Of a stretch of 64,000 nucleotides of DNA, positions 51,849 to 62,327 are shown one piece after another (position 1 is the first letter of the stretch; the number at the start of each line of letters is the position of its first letter). The notes under the pieces were generated by a model. It made no database searches and was not told the origin of the DNA. It saw only the letters and a program-made list of their open reading frames with translations. Source of the stretch: an uncultured archaeon (GTDB taxonomy: Archaea > Thermoproteota > Nitrososphaeria > Nitrososphaerales > Gagatemarchaeaceae); assembly GCA_963799775.1 (NCBI GenBank), contig CAWCYD010000002.1, positions 323,421 to 387,420 of the forward strand. The letters are read 5' to 3'. The translations under genes and the position numbers were made by a program.

Positions 51849-52835
51849 ATGAGTCCGAGATATTCTAAAGTCGTCGTAACCGGCGCTGCAGGCTTCATCG
51901 GAAGCCATCTCTGCGATACAATTCTCTCCGCTCAACTGTCCCGTCGGGTAGTGGGAGTCGACAATTTGCGGACTGGCTCTCTCAAGAATCTCGACAAGCA
52001 GACGCTCTCAAAGATGGAGTTGCACAAACTGGATCTGGCGAGACCTGACTTGCCCCGGGACGTATTTTCTGACGCCGAAATCGTGTTTCACCTTGCAGCA
52101 AATCCCGACGTCAGAATTGGCGAGTCAAATCCGTCAATTGATTACACCAATAACGTCCTTGCCACATACAACCTCCTTGAGGCCTTGAGGGGTTCTGACT
52201 TTCAAGGTACACTTGTCTTCACCTCGACCTCAACCGTGTATGGCGAACCTACCGTCATTCCCACGCCTGAAACCTACGGCCCATTGCTTCCCATTTCTTC
52301 GTACGGCGCTTCAAAATTGGCCTGCGAATCACTCATTGTAGGCCACGCAAAGCTTTTCGGCTTCAAGGCCAAACTCATTCGACTCGCCAATGTTGTGGGT
52401 GGTAGAAGCAACCATGGAGTAATACATGATTTCGTTCAAAAGCTTCAAGCGGATCCCTCCCGCCTTGGCGTATTGGGCGATGGCACTCAGGACAAATCAT
52501 ATCTGCACATATCAGATTGCATCTCAGGATTACTGCTTTCGGCTGAAATTAGGGACGATACGGACGTCTTTAATGTCGGGTCATCGCAGAAAATCAACGT
52601 ATTAGCCATCGCAAGAATTGTCATCCACGAAATGAACCTATCTGGCGTGACGATCGAGACGAACACCAACCGAACTAAAGACGGGAGAGGCTGGCCCGGT
52701 GACGTCAAAACAATGCTGCTTGACTGCAACAAAATTAGGAATCTGGGCTGGAAGTGCAGATACTCAAGCGCGACGGCAGTCAGACTGACCACCCGGGAGA
52801 TGATTGGCCAAGTGCCGGAAGATGATCCGAGTTGA
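51849..52835 (+). CDS. NAD-dependent sugar epimerase/dehydratase
   Basis: TGAAGFIGSHL, HLAANPD, STSTVYG, YGASK, GWPGDV. Confidence 0.92.
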   Translation: MSPRYSKVVVTGAAGFIGSHLCDTILSAQLSRRVVGVDNLRTGSLKNLDKQTLSKMELHKLDLARPDLPRDVFSDAEIVFHLAANPDVRIGESNPSIDYTNNVLATYNLLEALRGSDFQGTLVFTSTSTVYGEPTVIPTPETYGPLLPISSYGASKLACESLIVGHAKLFGFKAKLIRLANVVGGRSNHGVIHDFVQKLQADPSRLGVLGDGTQDKSYLHISDCISGLLLSAEIRDDTDVFNVGSSQKINVLAIARIVIHEMNLSGVTIETNTNRTKDGRGWPGDVKTMLLDCNKIRNLGWKCRYSSATAVRLTTREMIGQVPEDDPS

Positions 52836-52911
52836 GATTTCACTTTGTCGAGGATTTGGGTTATCCAGAACCTTCTGGTGAGTTGTTCAAATCAAGTGGG
52901 GGGGATTTTTC

Positions 52912-54113
52912 TTGGTAAGCCGTTACAATATGCTCGTATTGGCGCCTTTTTACAGAGAGTTCGTCAAGGGCATCGTTGACGCCACCGCCAGTCATGTCTC
53001 TGACATCAGTGTAATCGTCCATCACAATCGACTGGCCGAGATATCGCGGTATGTTCCGCTCGGTGGCTATTTTTCACATGTTAGAGGCTTTACCGCCAAT
53101 CGACTCATCGACGAGTCTAACAAGCCTGGTAATGTCAAAGTGAGCTTGCTTTCCATGACGTATCTAATTCCAGACGGGAAAAACTCCAGCCTGGGCGATG
53201 CGTTGTTTAGGAAGGCTGATCAGCTCATCCAAGCACGCGGACTGAAGTTCGACATTGTTCAAGGGCCACTTCACTTGGCCATGCGGATACGCGGCCGTCA
53301 GATTAGCAGAGAAGTACGGGGTTCCTACCGTAGTAATTATTCACGAGAACGGAGATTGGTTGCATCAGATGGTCAGTTCTCCGAACTCCAAGTTCCGGTG
53401 GACTTGGAAGAACGCAAATGCCTTGGTGCGTGTGAACAAGCTAGACATGCCTGTTCTGATGGAGTACTCCAAAGAGGTGATTCACGCACCTGGCGGCTTT
53501 GACCCGAAGATCTTCTTTCCGATACAGAAGGGAGATTGCCAGAGATAGCCTTGGCCTGCCCAGAGGACCAAAGGTCATCTTCGGCTTGGGCTACCTCACC
53601 GAAAGAAAGGGTTTCCAGTTCCTAGTCCAGGCAATGAGCGATTTGGTAAAGACAACTCCGGATCTAATTTGCGTCATTGGTGGAATGGGTCCAGCAAGGC
53701 ATGACTTGGAAAGCAAGTCAAAGCTTCTGGGCCTGAGTAAGAATGTCCGTTTCGTCGATTTCATCCCTCGAGACAAGCTCAACTATTACTACAACGCTGC
53801 TGACTTGTTCGTCTTGCCAAGTTTGAATGAAGGGAATCCCACCGTCATGTTCGAAGCGCTCGCGTGCGGCATCCCGTTTATTGGAACACCGGTGGGCGGA
53901 GTACCAGAGGTGATTGATTCGGATGATTATGGTCTTCTGGCCAGAACTGGAAGCACCGAGGATCTTGCAACCAAGATTCAAGAAGGTCTTACCAAGTCGT
54001 GGGACCGCCAGAAAATTCATGCTTACGCCCAAAGGTACAGCTGGGAAAACACAGTTGAACCAATACTCGAACTACACCGACGGCTACTCGCATCAAGAAA
54101 CGAATATAGTTAG
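52912..54113 (+). CDS. GT4 glycosyltransferase (frameshifted)
   Basis: HFTWP, RKG, FVLPSLNEGNPTVMFEALACG, GGVPE. Confidence 0.88.
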
Positions 54114-54319
54114 AGTCCGTCGAAGGGCATTCTCCACTGAGTTCTTCCAACTTGGAAGAGTACTCCCCGACAGAAGGATGGGTTGGGTAAAGAATGAACG
54201 AATAGCTGATTACAGTCCATAACGCAGGTTTTCACACCATCTCATTCCCACATCGGCACATCTCCATGTCCAGATGGTGTACTTTCGATGGAGTATCAGG
54301 ATGGCAAACAATGAAGAGT

Positions 54320-55072
54320 CTATCTTTCCAGTTTCAGGTACCCGAAGACTTTCCTTCTATCCAATAACAAGACTGGACGGACTCCAATCTTTCTAGCAAA
54401 ATCTATGAAAGCGTAGCTTGTGTCGACATCATCCGATGCGAGTATCGAACCTGCGGACATCTTGGACGAGACTTCTCCATACTCAAATCTCTGCCACGAG
54501 TACCTATGGTCGCTGTCGTGAAGGAAGAAATCAACATGCGGGAGTCTTCCTACCAGAGAGCGGAAGGAGCTTCTCCTTGGCTCCTTAATGACCTCCAGGT
54601 TCCAAAGTTCTCTTTCCCTCTCGTTCAACAAGCTCCCGACATTGTCTGACACATCTACGCTGTATAGGGCCCCTTTTCCGTTTCTGATAATGGCATTCAA
54701 TATTAGCACCGTGGAGTGGCCATTTGCCACCCCTGTTTCTAAAACGATTGAAGGCTTGGTTATGCGCACAATTCCATAGGTAAGGAGAGAAGAGCCTTGC
54801 TCAATGGCAAATATCTTGGGGTATTCGGGAGTACTTAGTTGGTATCTGTGTTCTAGCTCCAATTCCAAATTTGAGTATTCATCCAGGATCTGTTTAACCT
54901 CGTCATTTTGTCCGTTGGATTGGGCTAGGTCGCTCAGAGCGTCGTTTGCGGACAAGTGTATCTTAGAGGCTATCGCGGAAAAGGCAGGAAGGTTGGGAGT
55001 AAGAACGTCTCTGAAGGCCGTCTTCGCGATTCTTTCCTTGAGCGCAGTAGAGGCTTTCCCAGGTAGCTCCAT
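54320..55072 (-). CDS. class I SAM methyltransferase (Methyltransf_24-like)
   Basis: VLETGVANGHST, LYSVD, FLHDSDHRY, SDD. Confidence 0.85.
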   Translation of the reverse strand: MELPGKASTALKERIAKTAFRDVLTPNLPAFSAIASKIHLSANDALSDLAQSNGQNDEVKQILDEYSNLELELEHRYQLSTPEYPKIFAIEQGSSLLTYGIVRITKPSIVLETGVANGHSTVLILNAIIRNGKGALYSVDVSDNVGSLLNERERELWNLEVIKEPRRSSFRSLVGRLPHVDFFLHDSDHRYSWQRFEYGEVSSKMSAGSILASDDVDTSYAFIDFARKIGVRPVLLLDRRKVFGYLKLER

Positions 55073-55289
55073 CTTACCGCCCCCACGCTCACGAGCCAGA
55101 TTTTATATGTAAAGGTACGGACATGCATAGTCTAGCATGGCGGCGCTCAAGGAGACCGAATGACTTGTTCGAAGAACTGAAGTGTCCAAATCAAGAATCC
55201 TCACAATTGAATCGTGCGCAAGTTGGCACGCACCGTTTTTCAAAATTTGACTTATGTAATGCATCTGTTCGAGGTCTCTGAATTGGGTT

Positions 55290-55515
55290 ATGGCTTCTTG
55301 GGATTCGCAGGCGTGTCGGACAACTCTCTCTTGAAATCCGTTTGCGACATGATGCGGCATAACGGGCCTGCCAGACGGATAGTTACCTAGACGAACGCGT
55401 CGGGTTAGGCATTGAAAGTTTGAAAGTTATCTATTCCGTGGAAATCATCCTATTCCACGAGGGGGAGAGTACTGTAGTGGTGGTTTTCAATGGAGAGATC
55501 TGCAAATATCATGAT
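55290..55515 (+). pseudogene. decayed N terminus of a second asnB-like gene
   Basis: Joined frames: GFAGVSD...MRHNGP, YLDERVGLG, TVVVVFNGEI. Confidence 0.6.
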
Positions 55516-55559
55516 TGGATCAGATTGATGGTTCGCCATCGTACGGCACCGTGATTTCT

Positions 55560-56665
55560 TTGAAAGTATTGCAAATTATTCTGAATAACAGATTTTACGG
55601 CGCTGAAAGAGTAGTTTACTCTCTATGCAAAGCATTGCAGGCTGAGAAGAACATGAGTTTGGTAATCGTAACCAGCCAAGCGCTTCAAAAGCAATTTTCA
55701 GAACTTCATCATTCTTCAATCTATCATCTGCCTACCCACGAAGGGAGCATCCTGAAAAGAACAAATCTACTCTTGAAGGAAGTGTCGTATTTGCGGCAAA
55801 TTGTTTCGAAAGAGCGTCCGGACATTATCCACGTCCAAGGACCACTTGTCAGACTACTTGTTCTCGCAATTCACACGCAGCAAACAGTCGTGGAGACGCT
55901 TCACGGAGTGGATTTGACAAGAGGACAGGCCCATCCAACGCGTCGTTCACACGGTCTCTGACTTTCTTGCCGCATTATCGTTTGACGGCAGTGTTTTTTA
56001 CACGAGCGCAACCATTGCGAATTATTCAAGACTGCGGCTCTTACGACCTACCGCAGTCATCTGCAATGCAGTTGATGCGGATTTTGTCAAATTGATTTCA
56101 CGAACTACTGAATCGCCAATCGACCGAGAGTACATTCTTTGGTGCAGTAGATTAGACGTGGTGAAAGGTACCGACCTTTTACTCCGAGCATTTGCCAGCG
56201 TTGACAGACCAGACATTAAGCTCATTCTTCTTGGCGACGGGCCTCAAAGAGGTTATTTGCAAAGCTTGGCAAAGTCTTTAGGTATTCATGAGCAGACTAT
56301 GTTTCTCGGCTATGTTGATGGCGTCGAAAAAGCTAGGTTTTTTCAACATGCGTCGGCAGTTTGCGTTGACTTGATTAATCCTGGAATATCGCAAAGTCTG
56401 CTGGAAGCTGTATTCTCAGGCAATCCCGTAATAGCTTGCTACGATTCTGAGGTAGCGCGAATATTTGGTGAGAACGCAGCTCTCCTTGATGAGCCGTCTG
56501 TCAGTAAACTGGCAACAATACTGTCAGGAGATACTGGAGAGAAGGCAAAGACGGAACCAGCGGGTTACTCTCGACGCAAGTCTCGAGAAGAGATTCTCGT
56601 CGGAATACTTTACTGACCAGTATCTGGCCTTCTATTCGAGGGTGAAATCAGGATCTTCTCATTGA
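55560..56665 (+). CDS. GT4 glycosyltransferase (frameshifted)
   Basis: YGAERV, PDIIHV, TLHG, RLDVVKG, GDGP, SLLEA. Confidence 0.8.
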
Positions 56666-58354
56666 AAGCCACAATTCTCGATTCAAGGCCAATTCTGTTG
56701 GTCTATTTCCTTCTCCCAATAATCACCTACTTTGATGTCACAACGAGACAGGTGCCGACGCGGTTTTCTATGGTTATTGGTTTCTGTCCAGTGCGGTTCT
56801 AGGATTACTTATAACCGCTAGAATCGCCGGCGCCTCCAAGAGTTCCGCATACCCGCTCATCGCGTTGTTCTGTATTGTCCTATCCGCGAGCATCATTACG
56901 CCGCTCAGCCTCCCGTCGAATGTCCTTGACAACTTCCCGTCCACGCCTGACACCGTAAAGCTAACGCAATCCACATTGAGTCTGGGTAGACTACCGAATG
57001 GAGGGGAGACTCTCTCCTACCTCAACTATCCATCCGCGATATTTACGCTTGCGTCAATAAGCGCCCTGACCGGCTTGAGCCTTCACGACGCTAGCAAAGG
57101 TGCTGGGAGTGTTGTTGTCTGTGATTCCCATGTTTGCATTCTACTCTCTGCTGAAGAACAGGATCATTGCCCTGCCGGCATCTGCCATCGCCGGGTTGTC
57201 GCCGTGGATTTTCACTACGCTCACCCATTACACGCCCGCGGCTTTGGCTTCCGTGCTGCTGTGCTTCAACATCGCAATGCTCTTCAGACTTCTGGATGAA
57301 GGCACCGCTAGGAATCTTGCGGTGATGATTGTCCTTAGCGTCGCGCTCATGTTCTCCGATCCTCTCATGAGCTTTCTCTGGATTGTATTTCTCATCGGTT
57401 TCTTGGCGGTCAAGTTGCTCCTTACGTGCGAAGGGCGACGATCAAGTCCTCGCCGTCTCGACGTTGGCAGCCGTCTCCATCGGGCCTGTGGTTAGCTTGG
57501 TTTACGTTTCTGTCAGGGTCGAACGCGATGCTGCAATACCTAACGCTGGTTGCTAAATAAGGTGTTCACAGGGTCTAAGATTGACGACGACCGCACTGCA
57601 ACCAACGGGAACCAAACCTTCCTTGCTCACGGGGGTTGAATATCTGGCATTTCTCGCCATAATCCTATTCTCGCTTTCCGTGCCTCTGTACTTTAGACGA
57701 AGGAACACCTCGTACTCCGCCATGGTCGCCGGATCATTGCTAGCCGCGGCTGCCATAGCGTTGCCGTGGATTGCGGGTTTTACGCAAGCAACGGACTTGG
57801 ATGTCGCGGTCGAGTTTCATATTATCAGATTGGAGTTGCTTCCGTCATCGCCGTTTTGCTCTTCGAGCAATTGAAGACGCCCAAGCGTTGGAAGGTTTTG
57901 GCCTGCGTGGCCCTCGTCTCGCTCGCCGCTTCGAATGCTCTCCTCTACGGAGTTGACCCGGGCAGATACAATCCTAGTTCCCCCATGCTTACCGACGACT
58001 CTCGCATGAATCTTGAGACGTGGTATTACTTTGGCCCGACTTTCTGCCAACTCACCACAGTCAACGCCGTGTGGGGGGTGCGCATCGGCGCTCCATTTAC
58101 CACGTGCCTCAATGGCTACTACCAGTCTTGTCCCAGGGACCACCACGAACGGCGTGGTAGTGCCGGCTTCTGACTTATTGAATCTCCGGCAGTCTGACGT
58201 TGGGCCTGGGGAATTTGTCATACTGCGTGAGTCAATCGCTCTGGTTCCGGAGTGGCCTCAAACACTGCCTGCGCCGCCCGACGTCATTTTCCAAAACTAC
58301 GATGTCGTCTTTAGAAGCGGTGACGCCGTTCTGATCTATACTGGGAACAAATAG
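56662..58354 (+). CDS. polytopic membrane protein (glycan polymerase/GT-C-like), multiply frameshifted
   Basis: Successive hydrophobic ORF pieces (YLNYPS, THYTP) and a C-terminal soluble domain; TTG overlaps the upstream stop. Confidence 0.55.
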
Positions 58355-58522
58355 GAGACTTGAGCACAGGGCCGAGGGCGCGCATGAGAAACTCGAGGAA
58401 ATACCTGCCCAAGATATTCTACAAAAAAGATGTCGGTTTTTCCTGCCGTGATGGAGTTGCTCCGCTCAACCTAATCTAATGAGGCCCCGTCCGAACTTGG
58501 GAACAGGCTTCTATACAAGCTT

Positions 58523-59140
58523 CTACTTCACCAGCCCTTTTGCGACTTTGTAGTAGACATGCTTCCTTCTCAGCGCCAGCACCAAAAGCAATGTTGTGAG
58601 TCCGGCTAGGGAGAACTCAATCGGGAGTAGGCGAATTCCGAACGGCGTGTAGTTCAAGACTAGTCCGACAAGAGAAACAATAGCGAGACTCAACCCAATC
58701 GACAGCACAACGGTTGCGATTTCATCTAGCTCTCTCTTGAAGAATAGGAGTTCGGTAACAGAGTAGCCCGGAAGGAAGAGGATTAGAAGACTCCCGAAGA
58801 CGTATCGGAGGTAGAGGACGACTCCCGAAGTGACGGATATCAAGGCAAGCGAGAGCAGAGTCGCAACTACCGCGCCCTCAAACCAGAGCGATTGCGGAGA
58901 GAGTGCATATCTTCCGAGTGACGAGTAAGGTTTTCTTTCGGAAACGGTGATTTTCCCACTCGACTGCATCCGCATCAATCCTTCTACTGCTCTATCCCGA
59001 TCGTAACCTGGTTCTTTCGAAAGGTCGGTGACTAGCGAAGAAAGAGTTGTCTCCTTCTCGCCGGCCTTCATGAGCACATAATTGTCCATGTCCGCGGGCG
59101 CGCCCGGTGTCGCCTCAGCCCTTCTCAATTCAACTCCCAC
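58523..59140 (-). CDS. DUF1616-like membrane protein
   Basis: LFLPGY, LSIGLSLA, GLVLNYTPFGIRL. Confidence 0.8.
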   Translation of the reverse strand: MGVELRRAEATPGAPADMDNYVLMKAGEKETTLSSLVTDLSKEPGYDRDRAVEGLMRMQSSGKITVSERKPYSSLGRYALSPQSLWFEGAVVATLLSLALISVTSGVVLYLRYVFGSLLILFLPGYSVTELLFFKRELDEIATVVLSIGLSLAIVSLVGLVLNYTPFGIRLLPIEFSLAGLTTLLLVLALRRKHVYYKVAKGLVK

Positions 59141-59145
59141 GACTC

Positions 59146-59622
59146 CTAATGGCTAGTCACGTTCAGCAGCAGTTGGTTCCAAAGTCCCGTATAGGCGAAC
59201 TGCGTTGTGGTCACGTTGTAGGACCAAAGCTCGAAAATGAGGCGAACGTTTGTTCCTTGGTTGTTGATTGTCAGATTTAGGGGGAAGGTGACCGATTGGT
59301 TGTTTCCAAGCACATGGAGATACGTGAAGATTATGGGTGCTTGCGCATAGGTGGAGTTGCTGACCTGCGTCGTCTGGTTTCCCAACTTGACGAGGAGCTG
59401 ATAGTAGCAGGCTTCACCCTGATGGTTGGCGATGAATCCGTAGAGAAGGAACGGAACACCTGCCGCCTCGCTACTTGGATATCCTCCGATGGTCTGATTC
59501 TGTCCAAGCACGCCGAGCTCAGAGAAAGGCTGGCTATACGTAGGCAGTAGGGGCTGAACCGCTACAAAGATCGCGAGGATGGAGACCAGCACAAGCGCGG
59601 CAGTTGCCGCTGTCTTATGCAT
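59146..59622 (-). CDS. DUF1616 C-terminal-like membrane-anchored protein
   Basis: N-terminal TM helix, PFSELGVLG...YP, NHQG, RLIFELW. Confidence 0.75.
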   Translation of the reverse strand: MHKTAATAALVLVSILAIFVAVQPLLPTYSQPFSELGVLGQNQTIGGYPSSEAAGVPFLLYGFIANHQGEACYYQLLVKLGNQTTQVSNSTYAQAPIIFTYLHVLGNNQSVTFPLNLTINNQGTNVRLIFELWSYNVTTTQFAYTGLWNQLLLNVTSH

Positions 59623-60052
59623 TCGCGGGCCTCACCACGTAGTCCTTGTAGATGTGAAGCCACAATCTTCTGTAGACACGCCCACCGAAGAGGTATATGA
59701 GAACCGCAGCGACCGCTATCCCAGTCGCCGTGATTATCGAGCGCAAGTCAGCGGCCTGCGTTGACGAGATTCCCATCTGCGTGACCGAAGCCGCTTCGAG
59801 AGTGACGCTTTGAGCAATCTTAGTTGCGTTTGCGAGATCAGCCGCCGCCTGAGTAGGGTTCGTGGAGTTCTCCGCGCTGGCCTTCTGGATGAGAGCCAAC
59901 GCGCCATTCAGCTGAGCTATCAGTGAGGTGACGTTCCCCCCTTGCCTCTCCGCACTCTGGGCGGCAGCGAAGGCCGACTGGACGGAAGTGTACCCGCCGT
60001 TTATAGAGGTCTGGCTGACGGCATAGGAAGGGACGGCTGCCATCGCAATCAT
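59615..60052 (-). CDS. secreted helical protein with C-terminal membrane anchor
   Basis: AERQGGNVTSLIAQLNGA, C-terminal TM plus RRLW; overlaps the next gene start. Confidence 0.7.
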   Translation of the reverse strand: MIAMAAVPSYAVSQTSINGGYTSVQSAFAAAQSAERQGGNVTSLIAQLNGALALIQKASAENSTNPTQAAADLANATKIAQSVTLEAASVTQMGISSTQAADLRSIITATGIAVAAVLIYLFGGRVYRRLWLHIYKDYVVRPANA

Positions 60053-60279
60053 GAGGATAGCAGGTATCTAGAATAAGGCTCTCAAAGTCGTCCCCCTAGG
60101 AAATCTATCGATTTCTCTGACCATTAGTTATTTAGCCTTTGGATGTCCGATGTCAGAAAACTGAGGGACTTCATGTCATCCGGCCTACAAGCCGGAGATG
60201 CGAGATTAAAACGCTCTTTCTCGGGGGATCATTCGACGCGTTTACCATCGGGCCCTGATGGAGAGATTTCGGCCTGTAG

Positions 60280-61801
60280 CTAGGCGCTACTTAGTCCGTA
60301 CCACTCCCACGAACTGGGAGCCATACCTGCATAGTAGACGCTCGCCCCAGGCGCCAATATGAAACTAGCCGGGTCGGGTGAGAGAGCGCTGGTAGAGCCT
60401 GTAGGGTCGACAACCACAGTACCGGTTTCTCCCGATTGGTAAATGATTACTGGGAAGACGTTGGTGTTGGTCACTATGTTGTTCGAACCAATTCCACTCG
60501 GCAAACTGGGAGTGGCTAGCTGAAAGCCGATGCTAGGCGTGCTATTCTGCGACGAGAGCACTGAGACTTCCCATGGGAAGGTGCCAGACACCTTCAGAGG
60601 CGCGGACGACCCAGATTCCCATGTCTCTATTGTCAAAGTGGGATTGTAGCCCGTATGGGTAGGCCCGGGACCGTCAGCGTAAATCGTGTCGTTGTAGTCC
60701 TCTGAAAAAGCTGGCCGATGAATACCCGAGAGCCATTCGTCACGATCATCTTTGCTTTGTAAGAAGTCCCCAGGCTGAAGAAGTGGAGATAAGATATTGT
60801 GACCCCGGAAGGATATGGGTAGCTACCTCCAGCGTTTCTATTGTCACCAATTTGAAGCTGCGTGGTCTTTGAGTAGTCTATCTCTAACTCGGATGCCACG
60901 AAATGGTCTTGGTCTAGAACCATCCCCTTATCATAGTAGGAGATGCTCAAATATGACGAGATGGAACCTACGTTCGGCCCCTGAGTTGGGCCGAGGTAGA
61001 CACCCGTGGAACCAGATTTGTCAATCGTGGAGCCGCCGTTCAAGTAGACGCTGTCAAAGGAACAGACGACGAAGTTGCAGTAGACTCCGCCCAAATACGA
61101 AGGGCCGGTGTTGACTATGGCCAGATTTGACAGCACCACCCCGTAATCATTCCATGTCGGGCTCGCGTTGACCATCACAGCCCAACCAGAACCTGAATAC
61201 GTCAATTGAGCAACGGCGGGATTGGGAGTCCCAGACCAAGCGTGAACCTCGACCGGTCCCTGAACCGTCAACCCTTCCGTCATTGGCAGGCTCAGAGTGG
61301 CAGAATACTGATAATTCCCCCCCGAGATATTGATTAGCCCTCCCGGTCGCAACTGAAGCGTCCCAAACCGCAGTGAAGTTTGTCCCAGCCACTCCTCCCG
61401 CGTTGTACGGCCCACCGTAGACGATACTGCCGGTGTCGCAACTCCTCGCGTAGTAACTGGCGTTATTCGTGAAAATTAGAAATGTGCAAGAACTTCCCAA
61501 AGATGATGAGTTGACAGCCGAGTTGACAATCGTGGTCTGGGTTGCAAGTTATTGTTGCGTTCAAGGGCTCGATGGCATTCGCTGTCTGACTCGTTACTAT
61601 ACTCGATGACGAGTTAGTGGTCGTCGTCTGAGTTGCGCTGGCCGTCTGGGGAGCATGTCCAGTAGCAAAAATTGGGGAGGCGATCCCCGCCAGTGTCATA
61701 AGCGCCACGAGGCCAAGAACGGTTAGGAGACCTCCGGTCACCAGCCCTTTTCTGGTGAATCTCCTCCTGCCGCCAATCTCGCGCCCAACCAAATCTCTCA
61801 C
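60280..61801 (-). CDS. secreted surface protein, possible beta-helix fold (frameshifted into four ORFs)
   Basis: Basic N-region plus TM helix, Thr/Ser linker, Asn/Gly/Ser-rich strands (GGLINISGGNY, LSNLAI, ISYYDKG). Confidence 0.6.
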
Positions 61802-62327
61802 ATTCCTCGGATTGGCTTATCGATTCTCGGCGTTCAGGCCGAGAGTACCCAATGCGATTGAAGTGCGCGTTATCCCTCTCGAACCCATCCGAATCACTGA
61901 TGACGAGGGCCTTAGCACACTTGGGAATTCTAGGCGAAAACGCGAAATTGGGCCGTAAGTGTCCTGTGATTCGGATAAACGCCTAGCAATTTGCCATTTG
62001 AGTCTCGGCCGATTACCTGCTCCCCCTTGCCTCTCGGTATCCGACTGCGCAGGCCCGTCAGAATCAGTCAAGCGTCCATTTCACGGCCCAAAAGGCATGT
62101 AAGCCTGATGAATTCCTGCCACAAACCACTGATATTGACTGGAAATTCAGATGCAGGCCTGGGCCATCTACAATCCCGCGTGCCTGACGGCAAGACTCCT
62201 CTTTCCAATCCGGTCAACTGCGAGGTGGCAATCAGGCTTTAGAAGGCGCTAAAACTCCAGTCTAAGGGTCAAGAACCATGGGCAGCTCTAGCGACCGCCC
62301 AGATAGCTCCTCACCGGGCGCAGCCCG

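Noticed and set aside
60177-60200. CATCCGGCCTAC resembling an enterobacterial REP
   Set aside because: Single short match in an archaeal context; likely chance or a terminator hairpin
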